Position numbers and translations under genes: made by a program. Positions 1-8,767 of a stretch of DNA of 30,773 bases are shown here, in pieces; position 1 is the stretch's first letter, and each line of letters starts with the position of its first letter. The DNA lies in IMG/VR virus record IMGVR_UViG_3300042991_000725, positions 123,632-154,404 of that record; one strand, given 5' to 3'. The notes under the pieces are model-generated. The model did not search any database. It was not told the DNA's origin and saw only the letters and a list, made by a program, of their open reading frames with translations. The stretch comes from a virus (taxonomy: Duplodnaviria; Heunggongvirae; Uroviricota; Caudoviricetes).

Positions 1-246
1 ATTCAGCTTACAAAACATTTGGCCACACACTTCGCCCCTAACATCAGAGTTAATTGTGTGATGCCCGGAGGCATATTAAACAATCAAAATAAAGAGTTTG
101 TATATGCGTATTCTGGTATGGTTCCTGCTGGTAGAATGATGGATGTCGAAGAGGTTTGTGGTATTGTCCAGTTTCTTGTATCGGACGATTCTTCGTACTG
201 TACTGGTGGGGTTTTCCCGATAGATGGCGGGTATACAATTTGGTAG
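1..246 (+). CDS. Short-chain dehydrogenase/reductase, C-terminal part only (5' truncated by window); resembles the PtmA-like SDRs found beside NeuB genes
   Basis: Frame 1 is open from base 1: IQLTKHLATHFAPNIRVNCVMPGG...GIVQFLVSDDSSYCTGGVFPIDGGYTIW. IRVNxxxPG and FLxSDxSxYxTG...DGG are classical SDR C-terminal motifs. Confidence 0.85.
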   Translation: MQLTKHLATHFAPNIRVNCVMPGGILNNQNKEFVYAYSGMVPAGRMMDVEEVCGIVQFLVSDDSSYCTGGVFPIDGGYTIW

Positions 247-334
247 TGTGGAAGTTTTACCGGAGTTGGTACTGAAGAGATTCAAATGGTCCAAACTTGA
301 GAATCGTGTTACATAAAACCTGCATGTAAAAGGA

Positions 335-1201
335 ATGCAAATGTTAAATTTTAGAAAATTAAAAAGACCTTATTTGATTGCAGAAATTGGCGTAAACCAT
401 CTGGGCGATTTACAGATCACCAAACGTTTGATTGATGCCGCTTATGCTGCTGGATGGAACTGTGTTAAGTTTCAGAAAAGGACTCCAGAATTGTGCGTTC
501 CTGAAGACCAGAAGCATAAAAAGAGAGAGACGCCATGGGGAATTATGGAGTACATAGAATACAGGAATATTGTCGAATTTAGCAAAAGGGAATATGATTA
601 TATAAGAAATTATTGTAGAGAGAAGCCAATAGCATGGACGGCGTCTGTTTGGGACATTGAAAGTTTGGAATTTTTATGTACATATAAGAACGAGATAGAG
701 TTTATAAAAATCCCGTCTGCCCACCTAACGAACGACGATCTTGTTGTTTTTGCGGCGCGTTCTGGAATCTCTGTTATTTTGTCTACTGGCATGAGTACCC
801 TAGAAGAAATCGACCACGCTGTTGATCTTTTGAAAAGCAATAGGGCAGAATTTGCTCTGATGCACTGCAATTCTTCATATCCTGCAGCCAATAATGAGCT
901 GAATCTCAGCTGTATAAGGTCGCTGACAGACAGGTATTCGTGTGTTGTTGGTTATAGTGGCCACGAGGTAGGACTGTCGCCAACAGAAATGTCCATTGCT
1001 TTTGGTGCTATTATAATTGAGAGGCACGTTACGTTAGATAAAAACAGTTGGGGCACGGATCAGAAAAATTCTATTATTCCAGAAGAGATGTGCGCCCTAA
1101 AGAAAAATGTCGATGAGGCGTTTGATTGTTTGGGGGATGGCAAAAAGAGGGTTTGTGATTCTGAGATACCTCATCGTGATAAAATGAGGGCAAAGAAATG
1201 A
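335..1201 (+). CDS. neuB: N-acetylneuraminate (nonulosonate) synthase family protein, short form without the C-terminal SAF domain
   Basis: Motifs PYLIAEIGVNHLG, VKFQKR, IKIPSA, ILSTGM, LMHCNSSYP, VGYSGHE and IERHVTLD. The protein ends just after GDGKKRVCDSE. The start could be 335 or 341. Confidence 0.92.
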   Translation: MQMLNFRKLKRPYLIAEIGVNHLGDLQITKRLIDAAYAAGWNCVKFQKRTPELCVPEDQKHKKRETPWGIMEYIEYRNIVEFSKREYDYIRNYCREKPIAWTASVWDIESLEFLCTYKNEIEFIKIPSAHLTNDDLVVFAARSGISVILSTGMSTLEEIDHAVDLLKSNRAEFALMHCNSSYPAANNELNLSCIRSLTDRYSCVVGYSGHEVGLSPTEMSIAFGAIIIERHVTLDKNSWGTDQKNSIIPEEMCALKKNVDEAFDCLGDGKKRVCDSEIPHRDKMRAKK

Positions 1202-2190
1202 AAAAGAGATTTTTGATTGTTTTCCCAATAGCCTCTCCATATAGCAAATTGGTGGTTGCAAAAAGAGCATGCCGTTCTATTATTGACAAATTTTCTTACG
1301 AAGAAGACGATGCATTCTATACCGGATTTGACTATAAGCTTGTTTTTTATGTAGATGAATCGGTCTGTAGTGGAGATATAGTAAATTTTGCAAAAGGGGA
1401 GGCTAGAAGTAATCCAAATATCGTATATAGAAAGCACATGGGTTCTTGGACTAAAGATGTAAATCAATCCATCATAGACTGTGTTGCAGAAAGATACGAC
1501 TATCTAGTTTTGTTTCATGATGACATTTTTGTGGAAACAGACGGATGGAATGTTTTGATTGATAATTTTGCAGGCAAAAGGGATGATGTTGGCGTCATAA
1601 CATTTACAGATACGGTATATAGGAAAATATGTAGCTGTATTATTCCAATGCGCGAGGGGTATCACATAGATTCGTTTAATGGCGCATGGTCTACTAATAC
1701 GCTATTTCAGTATCACAAATTTCAGCCTAAGTGGTCTATAGATAAAAAGTTTCAAAGGTGGGACAGTATTTTAGAATCGAAACTGGATTATCCGACCGCT
1801 CCAGTGAAGATGTTTGCTAGCTGGTCAATGGTTATGATTGTTCCATTGAATGTGCTTAATTCTGGAGTAAAGTTTGAAGATTGGACCCCGTGGACACTTT
1901 TAAATGAGGCCGACTTTAATATGCAGTGTATTGAGATGGGGTACAATAATTGTTATATGCCCAACATTTGTTACGAACACCACAGGGAGAACAACATACC
2001 CAAAACTAGGTCAATGGATCAGATTATTCAATATAGGAATGTTGCACATGCGGCGTTCAGAAACAAGTGGGGCTTTTCTCATGAGCCAGAGGTTGCAGAC
2101 AAAAAGAAGATTTTTGAGAGATTTAAGAATACTACTGCTGAATGTTTGTTAAACACAAATAGTTTTGATTGGCAATATTTCAATGAATAA
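1198..2190 (+). CDS. GT-A/GT2-like glycosyltransferase, paralogue A
   Basis: DYLVLFHDDIF (DxD-like after a hydrophobic strand), LNEADFNMQ (ED-like catalytic region), and YxP...EHHR. ATGA overlap with neuB. Confidence 0.65.
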   Translation: MKKRFLIVFPIASPYSKLVVAKRACRSIIDKFSYEEDDAFYTGFDYKLVFYVDESVCSGDIVNFAKGEARSNPNIVYRKHMGSWTKDVNQSIIDCVAERYDYLVLFHDDIFVETDGWNVLIDNFAGKRDDVGVITFTDTVYRKICSCIIPMREGYHIDSFNGAWSTNTLFQYHKFQPKWSIDKKFQRWDSILESKLDYPTAPVKMFASWSMVMIVPLNVLNSGVKFEDWTPWTLLNEADFNMQCIEMGYNNCYMPNICYEHHRENNIPKTRSMDQIIQYRNVAHAAFRNKWGFSHEPEVADKKKIFERFKNTTAECLLNTNSFDWQYFNE

Positions 2191-3148
2191 ACTATTTATT
2201 TGTCAAGTCTTGGCATCTCCTGAAATTAGATTCCCTATTTTTAGGAAATCTTTTGAATCTATCTTTTATGCGACAGGACTTGATTATTCAGAATTCCAGC
2301 ACGTTGTTTTTGTGGATTGGAAAAAGATTCCTAAAACTGCGGAAATGTATTTGAAGTGGTTCTGTGGGATTCATAAGAATATTTCAGTATTTGATCATCG
2401 TGGAACGTGGGCTAACGATATTAATTGGAGTTTTCAAAAAGCGTGGCTTGACGATTTCAAATGGGTTGCGTGTTTTCATGACGATGTTTACAATGATACC
2501 GATGATTGGTTTGTAAAACTTGAGGCGGCTTATGAGGACAAACCCAACGTTGGCGTCATAACATCAACCGACATTATCTACAGAAAAACTGCAAGCTCAT
2601 ACCCTGTAGCTAGGCCCGGATACTATAAAGACGTTTATGAAAATAGCTGGGATGTTGGCAATATATTTCAGTTTAACAAATTTCGTGTTGATTGGAGGTA
2701 TGGTAAAATTTTTGATGAATGGAATGAAACCTTAGAGAATTATTTAGATTATCCGTCTGGTCCAGTAAAGACATTTTCGTCTTGGTCTTGTGTTATGGTT
2801 TTAAGGTCTGAACTTGCTAGAAAGCTACATGCTGAAAATTGGGTCCACTGGACCTTGCTGAATGAGCTCGATCTGAACATGCAGACGATGATGCTTGGCT
2901 ATTATAATTCATGGTTTCCGAAATGGGAGACTGAGCATCATAGAGACGACCCAAGCCATCCTGTGACTAGATCAAATTCATTAATAAAAGATTATAAAGA
3001 CGTGGCGCACAAGGCTTTTGAAAATAAGTGGGGGTTTAGCCATTTAGCGAAGAAGGAAGAGGTGGATCGTATAAGGAAACTTACAGAAGGGACGCTGCTC
3101 CGTGAGTTTATAGGCGAAAAATACACATACGATTGGGATTATTTATAA
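2183..3148 (+). CDS. GT-A/GT2-like glycosyltransferase, paralogue B
   Basis: WVACFHDDVY, LNELDLNMQ and TEHHR. Collinear with 1198..2190 (GVITxTDxxYRK, LDYPxxPVKxFxSWS, AHxAFxNKWGFSH). ATG at 2183 overlaps the upstream TAA and is preferred to the ATT start at 2165. Confidence 0.65.
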   Translation: MNKLFICQVLASPEIRFPIFRKSFESIFYATGLDYSEFQHVVFVDWKKIPKTAEMYLKWFCGIHKNISVFDHRGTWANDINWSFQKAWLDDFKWVACFHDDVYNDTDDWFVKLEAAYEDKPNVGVITSTDIIYRKTASSYPVARPGYYKDVYENSWDVGNIFQFNKFRVDWRYGKIFDEWNETLENYLDYPSGPVKTFSSWSCVMVLRSELARKLHAENWVHWTLLNELDLNMQTMMLGYYNSWFPKWETEHHRDDPSHPVTRSNSLIKDYKDVAHKAFENKWGFSHLAKKEEVDRIRKLTEGTLLREFIGEKYTYDWDYL

Positions 3149-3933
3149 TGGCCTTAATAAATGGCAGACAATCTATGACCGTTGTTATCACTGGTCGAAA
3201 TGATGGTTATTATGTCAAGCCGGACATTTACTACAAGATAAACAAGTACATTGAGAGTCTCAATAGGTCTTTTGGTCGCATAGAGAAAGATATAATATTT
3301 GTTGAATATAACAATCCAGAAAATGAACCTCATTTGTTTGAAAAGGTAAGGGGGAATAAGATTCGATGGATTGTTGTGCCACCGTCGTTTCATAAAACAG
3401 TAACCAATTTGGACTATATGTCGTTTTGTGAATTTTTTGCTAAAAACATAGGGATGAGAAGGACATCAGTAGATTGTGATTTTATTCTTGTTGGCAATCC
3501 CGACATTATTTTTAGAGATGGTTTTGCTAGAACACTTGAAAAAAGAAATTTATATCTTGGGGCTAAGTGGCATATGTTAAAGGGTATGAATGCGTGTCGT
3601 GATAAAAAGGACGCAAGTGTTCACGGTGCTCTTGGCGACTTTATGATTTTCGATAGAGAGTCGTGTTTCGAACTTAGGGGGTTTAGGCAAGCAGTAATAT
3701 GGGGAGGAATGGATACTAGATTTGCGTATGACTGGGTTGCAAGCAAAAGGAAGGTGATTGAAATGAGCAATTTTATTTTGCTCCATGAAGATCACGACAA
3801 AGATAGTCAATCACTTTTTGATCAGCGAAGGAAGAGAGAAGACAATAGAGCAAGAGGCGTTTTGGACAATCCGCCAGAAAACAGTCAAGATTGGGGATTC
3901 CCTCAAGTGGACTTTCAAGAGGTGATAGAATAA
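3148..3933 (+). CDS. Putative GT-A fold glycosyltransferase
   Basis: TVVITGRNDGY, IIFVEYN, DFILVGNPDIIF, GDFMIFDRE, GF...WGGMDTRF and LHEDH follow the order of GT2 motifs. TAATG overlap at 3148. Confidence 0.55.
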   Translation: MALINGRQSMTVVITGRNDGYYVKPDIYYKINKYIESLNRSFGRIEKDIIFVEYNNPENEPHLFEKVRGNKIRWIVVPPSFHKTVTNLDYMSFCEFFAKNIGMRRTSVDCDFILVGNPDIIFRDGFARTLEKRNLYLGAKWHMLKGMNACRDKKDASVHGALGDFMIFDRESCFELRGFRQAVIWGGMDTRFAYDWVASKRKVIEMSNFILLHEDHDKDSQSLFDQRRKREDNRARGVLDNPPENSQDWGFPQVDFQEVIE

Positions 3934-3934
3934 T

Positions 3935-4573
3935 ATGCCTATCGACAAAAATACTGTAGAGATGGTTCACGAATATTGGATGGACAACAAGACGTATGAA
4001 ATTTGGATACAGGACGAAGATTCTTCGTGTAATGGTGGCAATGGTGAATCTGGAATAACCAACACGTCTGCCATTAGGGTGATTAAGAATCTCAATATGC
4101 TCAAAGGCTATATGTCTAACGGCAATTTGGCGAGAGTCCATTTGTATAGTATAGGAGGAAGTGTTGAAGATGGGCTTGCAATTTATGATACCATTATGTC
4201 TATGCCTTACAAAGTCGTCATGTATTGCTATGCTTACGTTCCAAGTATGGCTTCTGTTGTTTTGCAGGCCGCAGACGAAAGAATCTTAATGCCATCAGCA
4301 TACTTGATGCTTCATCATGGTGAGATCAATGTTGGAGAAGGCAGTCAGGCGGCGTATGCTACTGTTGATTTTTGTAAGAAATTGGACAGTAAAATTCTTG
4401 ACATCTATGCTAATAGGGCGGTGCGTGGTCCAAAATTTAAAGGCAAGTCTGTTAGTTTTGTTAGAAAGAAATTTGACGAAGCGATGAACTCTAAGGGCAA
4501 TTTATATTTGAGTCCAGAAGAGGCTATTGAGTGGGGGTTGGCAGACTCTATAGTTAAAGGAAAATCTCTATGA
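3935..4573 (+). CDS. clpP: ClpP-like peptidase (S14 family), catalytic Asp apparently replaced by Asn
   Basis: HLYSIGGSVEDGLAIYDTI, PSMASVVLQAADER (Ser104), YLMLHH (His127), NLYLSPEEAIEWGLAD. N189 aligns with the Asp of the ClpP RDxFLSAxEA motif. Confidence 0.85.
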   Translation: MPIDKNTVEMVHEYWMDNKTYEIWIQDEDSSCNGGNGESGITNTSAIRVIKNLNMLKGYMSNGNLARVHLYSIGGSVEDGLAIYDTIMSMPYKVVMYCYAYVPSMASVVLQAADERILMPSAYLMLHHGEINVGEGSQAAYATVDFCKKLDSKILDIYANRAVRGPKFKGKSVSFVRKKFDEAMNSKGNLYLSPEEAIEWGLADSIVKGKSL

Positions 4574-5334
4574 ACTATGTCGATATAATCAAAAACAATA
4601 AAGAGGCGTTTGTTTCTAATTTTTATCCCAATAAACTTGGCCGTTGGTCTGAAGTCATCTATACTTATGACGATAGCAAAGAGCCAAAGATTCACGAAAT
4701 AGATATTTATAATATAATGAAAAGAGTAGAAAATAGAGACTATGAAAGTATGGGATTTCCAGACTTGGCTCCTGTTTTCCACGAAACGGTCAAGCGGCTC
4801 ATGTCTGTATCGAACAAGCTTAATGTTGCAAATTTTGGAGCTCTTCTGGGTGCATGGACAGCTCCCTATTTGTTTTATGAGTCTTTAGACAATATAGATG
4901 TTTATGAGCTTAGGCCAACAAACATCGAGCATCCTAAAATCAACGTAATATATAAAGATATGACTATGGAGCCATTGGACAAAATACGTCCAAAGTACGA
5001 CGTAATCAGCTGTATAGATTCAATTAGCCATGCTGGACTTGGCAGATATTCTAGTCTTGTTAGTCCAAATGCAGACATTAATATGGGCAAAAGAGTTTGT
5101 GGTTTATTGCGTCCCGGCGGCTATCTTATTATTGCTATAACGTGTGTGCTCAATGAAAGTGATGGCGGTATTATATTTAATATTCAGCGCAACTATACTA
5201 AGCATAGAATATCACTCTTAACAGAGGGCTTGGAACTAATAGAATGTTTGACAGAAGATTCCAAGCTAAAGGTTTTGCGTTCGGACATCCCGTCTGTTCG
5301 TAGGATGTTTTTATTTAGGAAGAGTAAACAATGA
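4570..5334 (+). CDS. DUF268-like SAM-dependent methyltransferase-fold protein
   Basis: YDVISCIDSISHAGLGRY...P.ADI...LLRPGGYLIIA...FN.QRNY matches the SxEHxGLGRYGD...LKPGG...FNxHRIY pattern of DUF268 proteins. Confidence 0.65.
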   Translation: MNYVDIIKNNKEAFVSNFYPNKLGRWSEVIYTYDDSKEPKIHEIDIYNIMKRVENRDYESMGFPDLAPVFHETVKRLMSVSNKLNVANFGALLGAWTAPYLFYESLDNIDVYELRPTNIEHPKINVIYKDMTMEPLDKIRPKYDVISCIDSISHAGLGRYSSLVSPNADINMGKRVCGLLRPGGYLIIAITCVLNESDGGIIFNIQRNYTKHRISLLTEGLELIECLTEDSKLKVLRSDIPSVRRMFLFRKSKQ

Positions 5335-5972
5335 ATGTTATAGCAATAGGTGCTCATATCGACGATATAGTTATCGGCTGTGGGGGAACACTATCAAAGT
5401 TTGTAGACAGAGGGGCGCGTGTTTTTGGTTTGACAATGACCAATTCGGAGACTCATTTTAACGAACGCGACATACATCGGACAAGCGAGGATGCTCATTG
5501 TGAAGAAAAAATGGCTTCTAAAATTATCGGCTATGATATTTACCAGTTTGATAATTTAGATATAAATGTTGGCGAGTTGTGCTACAGTGCTAGTTTGATG
5601 AAAAAGATAGAGTCTATACTTTTTGAAAATCATATAGATTATGTTTTTACTCATTGGCGCAACGATATAAATACGGACCATGCAGAGTGTTTTAAGATAG
5701 TAAGGACTGCGGCTAGGCATACAAAAAACGTATTGACATTTAGGACCAACTGGTATTGTGATGCAACAGCGCCAATTATCGAAAATGTTTATTCCAACAT
5801 AGATTCTACAATTTATCGAAAGGTAGACGCTTTGCATTGCTTTAAGACCGAGATAGACAATCGTGGAGAAATTTGGTTGCGTAGTTTCATCGATTATAAT
5901 GAGACATTGGGTTTTTGGCGTGGTGCTAAATTTGTTGAGGCTTTTGAGTGTGTTAAGATGGAGATGCCATAA
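5331..5972 (+). CDS. PIG-L/LmbE-family N-acetyl-sugar deacetylase
   Basis: IAIGAHIDDIVIGCGGTL (HxDD metal motif), VFTHW...NTDH (HxDH-like, first His is Asn), and C-terminal RKVDALHCFKTE...FVEAF. Confidence 0.85.
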   Translation: MNVIAIGAHIDDIVIGCGGTLSKFVDRGARVFGLTMTNSETHFNERDIHRTSEDAHCEEKMASKIIGYDIYQFDNLDINVGELCYSASLMKKIESILFENHIDYVFTHWRNDINTDHAECFKIVRTAARHTKNVLTFRTNWYCDATAPIIENVYSNIDSTIYRKVDALHCFKTEIDNRGEIWLRSFIDYNETLGFWRGAKFVEAFECVKMEMP

Positions 5973-6577
5973 TGGGACAACTTCAGAAGGGCAGACAATA
6001 TGACGAATTTTTGCTTGAATCGTTTGAATCTATTATTGAAAAATTTGAAATAAATAGTTATGTTGAGACTGGATTTCGCCATGCTATTTATATAGAAAAA
6101 TTACACAACAAATACAAGCATTTATTTGTTGGAGGTGCCGAAATAGACTCGGCGTGTTGTGAGTGCGCGTCTGGTTATTTAGGTAAAAGTAGTAGGTCGA
6201 TTTTAGAACAGTCAGATTCTGTAGTTTTTTTACGTAAACATATTGGAGGATTCCCCTCTCCTATATTGTTTTTTTTAGACGCAAATACTGAAGGTCAAGG
6301 AGCTAGGACTCCGGTTCAGGAAGAATTGAGATGTATCGCAGATGTATGCAGCAAATGTGTTGTTGTTATACACGATTTTAAGAATACACGAAACACGAAT
6401 CATAAAGGAACCATTTCATCCATAGAGTCTATTTCTTGGTTTTTAGAAGAAAAAAGACATACGGCATTGAGGTTCAATTACAATAGCACTTACGGTTGGG
6501 CAAATGTGCCCGTTGGAGCCGCATTTGTTTGGATTGGGTTTACACGAAAAGAAGTTGACAATTATCAGCCAAATTAG
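5972..6577 (+). CDS. Class I SAM methyltransferase-like hypothetical protein
   Basis: YVETGF (ETGT-like motif I), AEID, SDS, ILFFLDA, PVQEEL and VVIHDF match a common phage and bacterial methyltransferase-like family. TAATG overlap. Confidence 0.5.
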   Translation: MGQLQKGRQYDEFLLESFESIIEKFEINSYVETGFRHAIYIEKLHNKYKHLFVGGAEIDSACCECASGYLGKSSRSILEQSDSVVFLRKHIGGFPSPILFFLDANTEGQGARTPVQEELRCIADVCSKCVVVIHDFKNTRNTNHKGTISSIESISWFLEEKRHTALRFNYNSTYGWANVPVGAAFVWIGFTRKEVDNYQPN

Positions 6578-6586
6578 GAGGGCAAA

Positions 6587-7519
6587 ATGAACGTTCTTAT
6601 TACTGGGATTCTTGGTGTTATAGGCAGTGCTTTGGAAAGAGAGTTTCGCAACAGAAATGTGAATGTTTTTGGTTGTGATTTGGAACATACCAGCAAAGAC
6701 CGCTATATGCGTGTAGACATTGCCGACTTTAGAGAAATGAGAAGGGTTATAAAAACATTTAAGCCCGACATTGTTTATAATGCGGCTGCAGAGTTTGGAA
6801 GGTGGAATGGCGAAGATTATTATGAGCAGCTATATAGAACTAATTTTATAGGAACAAAGAACATTATCAGGCTTTCTGAGGAATACGGATTCAAAATTGT
6901 CCATTTTAGCTCTAGTGAAATATATTGTGATTACGATGGAATTATGACGGAAGATGTTCCAGACAAGGTTGTTTTGATTCCATTTAATGATTATGCCGCA
7001 TCTAAAAGGCTTAATGAATATCAGTTGACGAATAGTAGAAAGGCGTATGATACGGACTATGTGATAGTGAGACCATTTAACCTGTATGGAGAAGAGCCAT
7101 ACACGCCATACAGAAGCGTTGCTTGTAGATTTTGCTATCACGCACTTACATCTGCACCAATAACCGTGCATCGTGGACACAAAAGGTCTTCTTTATATAT
7201 AGATGATGCAGTAAGAACTCTAGCGAATATTATATACAACTTTAAGCCGGGAGGTGTATACAATCTAGGAGACGCCACAAGAACACATACGATAGAGGAA
7301 CTTGCAGATATAATATGGCGTTGTACTGGAGCTGACCCGTGCTTGATTAAATATGCCGATCCAGAGCCGATGACAACATTAAGCAAGATTACAGATACAA
7401 AGCGCGCAGAGCAAGATCTGGGTCATGAGGTCACAGTTAGTCTTGAAGATGGCATAGAAAAAACTGTGTCTTGGATGGAGAAAAAATATGGACTTATTCG
7501 TCCGAGGAATAGCCGATGA
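6587..7519 (+). CDS. NAD-dependent NDP-sugar epimerase/dehydratase (extended SDR)
   Basis: NVLITGILGVIG Rossmann motif, VYNAAA, HFSSSEIY, YAASK (YxxxK), RPFNLYG, VYNLG and SLEDGIEKTVSW. SD GGAGG at 6577-6581. Confidence 0.9.
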   Translation: MNVLITGILGVIGSALEREFRNRNVNVFGCDLEHTSKDRYMRVDIADFREMRRVIKTFKPDIVYNAAAEFGRWNGEDYYEQLYRTNFIGTKNIIRLSEEYGFKIVHFSSSEIYCDYDGIMTEDVPDKVVLIPFNDYAASKRLNEYQLTNSRKAYDTDYVIVRPFNLYGEEPYTPYRSVACRFCYHALTSAPITVHRGHKRSSLYIDDAVRTLANIIYNFKPGGVYNLGDATRTHTIEELADIIWRCTGADPCLIKYADPEPMTTLSKITDTKRAEQDLGHEVTVSLEDGIEKTVSWMEKKYGLIRPRNSR

Positions 7520-7620
7520 ACGGAGATCGTAGGTGTTTTGTTCCAAGTGTATACGAAAGAAGGGCCTATTCTAAGAATGGCGAAGATGGCATTCTTATGT
7601 ATATTTTAATCATAATTTAG
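7516..7620 (+). pseudogene. 34-codon remnant of a YSQxGEDG-type (FkbM-like) methyltransferase gene
   Basis: Reads MNGDRRCFVPSVYERRAYSKNGEDGILMYILIII*. It starts with an ATGA overlap like its neighbours and stops right after the family's N-terminal signature. Not in the ORF track. Confidence 0.5.
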
Positions 7621-7629
7621 GGAGGATGT

Positions 7630-8766
7630 ATGGATATTTTGTGGTGTGGCCCAGTTGCAGACTCTTCTGGTTATGGACATGCTTCTAGGCACTATTTGCA
7701 CTGGCTTCATAAAGAATACAAGGATGCCATAAATGTTCGCGTTGTGCAACGTAACTTTTTCAATGGCGAACTCATCCCTATTTCTAAGGATTACCCAGAG
7801 ATAACAGAAATGAGTGTGGCCCAACATGACTCGTATTCGTGTTATATTCAAAACTTGACTCCAAATACATTTGCATTAGATGATATTGCCAAATTTCACA
7901 TAGGGATGACAACTTTTGAAACAGACGGATTGCCACGCAATTGGGTTTCTAATATGCAAATGATGGACGCTATAATAACTTATACAGAATTTAATCGTAC
8001 CACATTTCAATCTTCTGGTGTAACTCGGCCGATTTATGTCGTTCCGCATGGAGTGGATACAGATGTTTTTAAGCCAAATGGCCCGTGTTTCCAAAAAATA
8101 AGGGAAACATTGGCCGGGTCCTATATATTCGGAAGCGTTTTTGACTGGACTGAGAGGAAAAACCCAGAACTGTTGCTTGAGGCATATTTTAAAGCGTTTG
8201 AAGGTAAATCTGACGTGGCCCTTATTCTAAAGTGTTTTTATCAGTTCCCTATAAGTCGGTCTAGAAAAATCATGATGGAAAAAATAGATGCTGTAAAGAG
8301 CAAGATGGGCACGTCAAAGTTGCCTCCTGTCTACATCATTAGCGACGTTCTTTCTGATATGCAAATGCCTATGTTTTATAATTCAATAGATGCATTAGTG
8401 AGCTGTTCGGGGGGGGAGGGGTGGGGTTTGTGTTTTAGCGAAGGTATGGCGTCTGGCCTTCCCGTTATTGCTACGAATTGGTCTGGCAATACAGAATTTA
8501 TGAATTCGGACAATAGTCTTTTGATCGATTGTACAATCAGAAATATTCCAGATAAATTCGTAGCCATACATCCGGATTACTCTGGACAAAAATGGGCATT
8601 CCCAGAATATAACGATCTTGTGGATAAGATGAGATTTTTATATCATAATAGGCAGAAGGGCGCAGAGCTAGGGGCTGTAGCCAGAAAAGACATTGAAGAG
8701 AAATGGACATGGAAACATGCGGTTGATAAGTTATCGTCGATATTAACTTCTATGTTTGGAGAATAA
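7630..8766 (+). CDS. GT4 (GT-B, group 1) glycosyltransferase
   Basis: SGYGHASR, VVPHGVDTDVFKP, ERKNPELLLEAY, SGGEGWGLCFSEGMASGLPVIATNWSG (ExxGxxxxE motif) and WTWKH. SD GGAGG at 7621-7625. Confidence 0.9.
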   Translation: MDILWCGPVADSSGYGHASRHYLHWLHKEYKDAINVRVVQRNFFNGELIPISKDYPEITEMSVAQHDSYSCYIQNLTPNTFALDDIAKFHIGMTTFETDGLPRNWVSNMQMMDAIITYTEFNRTTFQSSGVTRPIYVVPHGVDTDVFKPNGPCFQKIRETLAGSYIFGSVFDWTERKNPELLLEAYFKAFEGKSDVALILKCFYQFPISRSRKIMMEKIDAVKSKMGTSKLPPVYIISDVLSDMQMPMFYNSIDALVSCSGGEGWGLCFSEGMASGLPVIATNWSGNTEFMNSDNSLLIDCTIRNIPDKFVAIHPDYSGQKWAFPEYNDLVDKMRFLYHNRQKGAELGAVARKDIEEKWTWKHAVDKLSSILTSMFGE

Positions 8767-8767
8767 T

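Noticed and set aside
248-316. 22-codon GTG-start ORF between the SDR and neuB
   Set aside because: It has no clear ribosome-binding site or recognisable motif.
3935-4573. ClpP-like gene as the capsid maturation protease
   Set aside because: It is 10 kb from the head genes, and a protease-scaffold gene already sits between portal and capsid. This is disfavoured rather than excluded.
7253-7269. Further copy of the GGTGTATA motif
   Set aside because: It breaks the core at position 9, its TAG is shifted by one, and it encodes the conserved GxVYNLG motif of epimerases.
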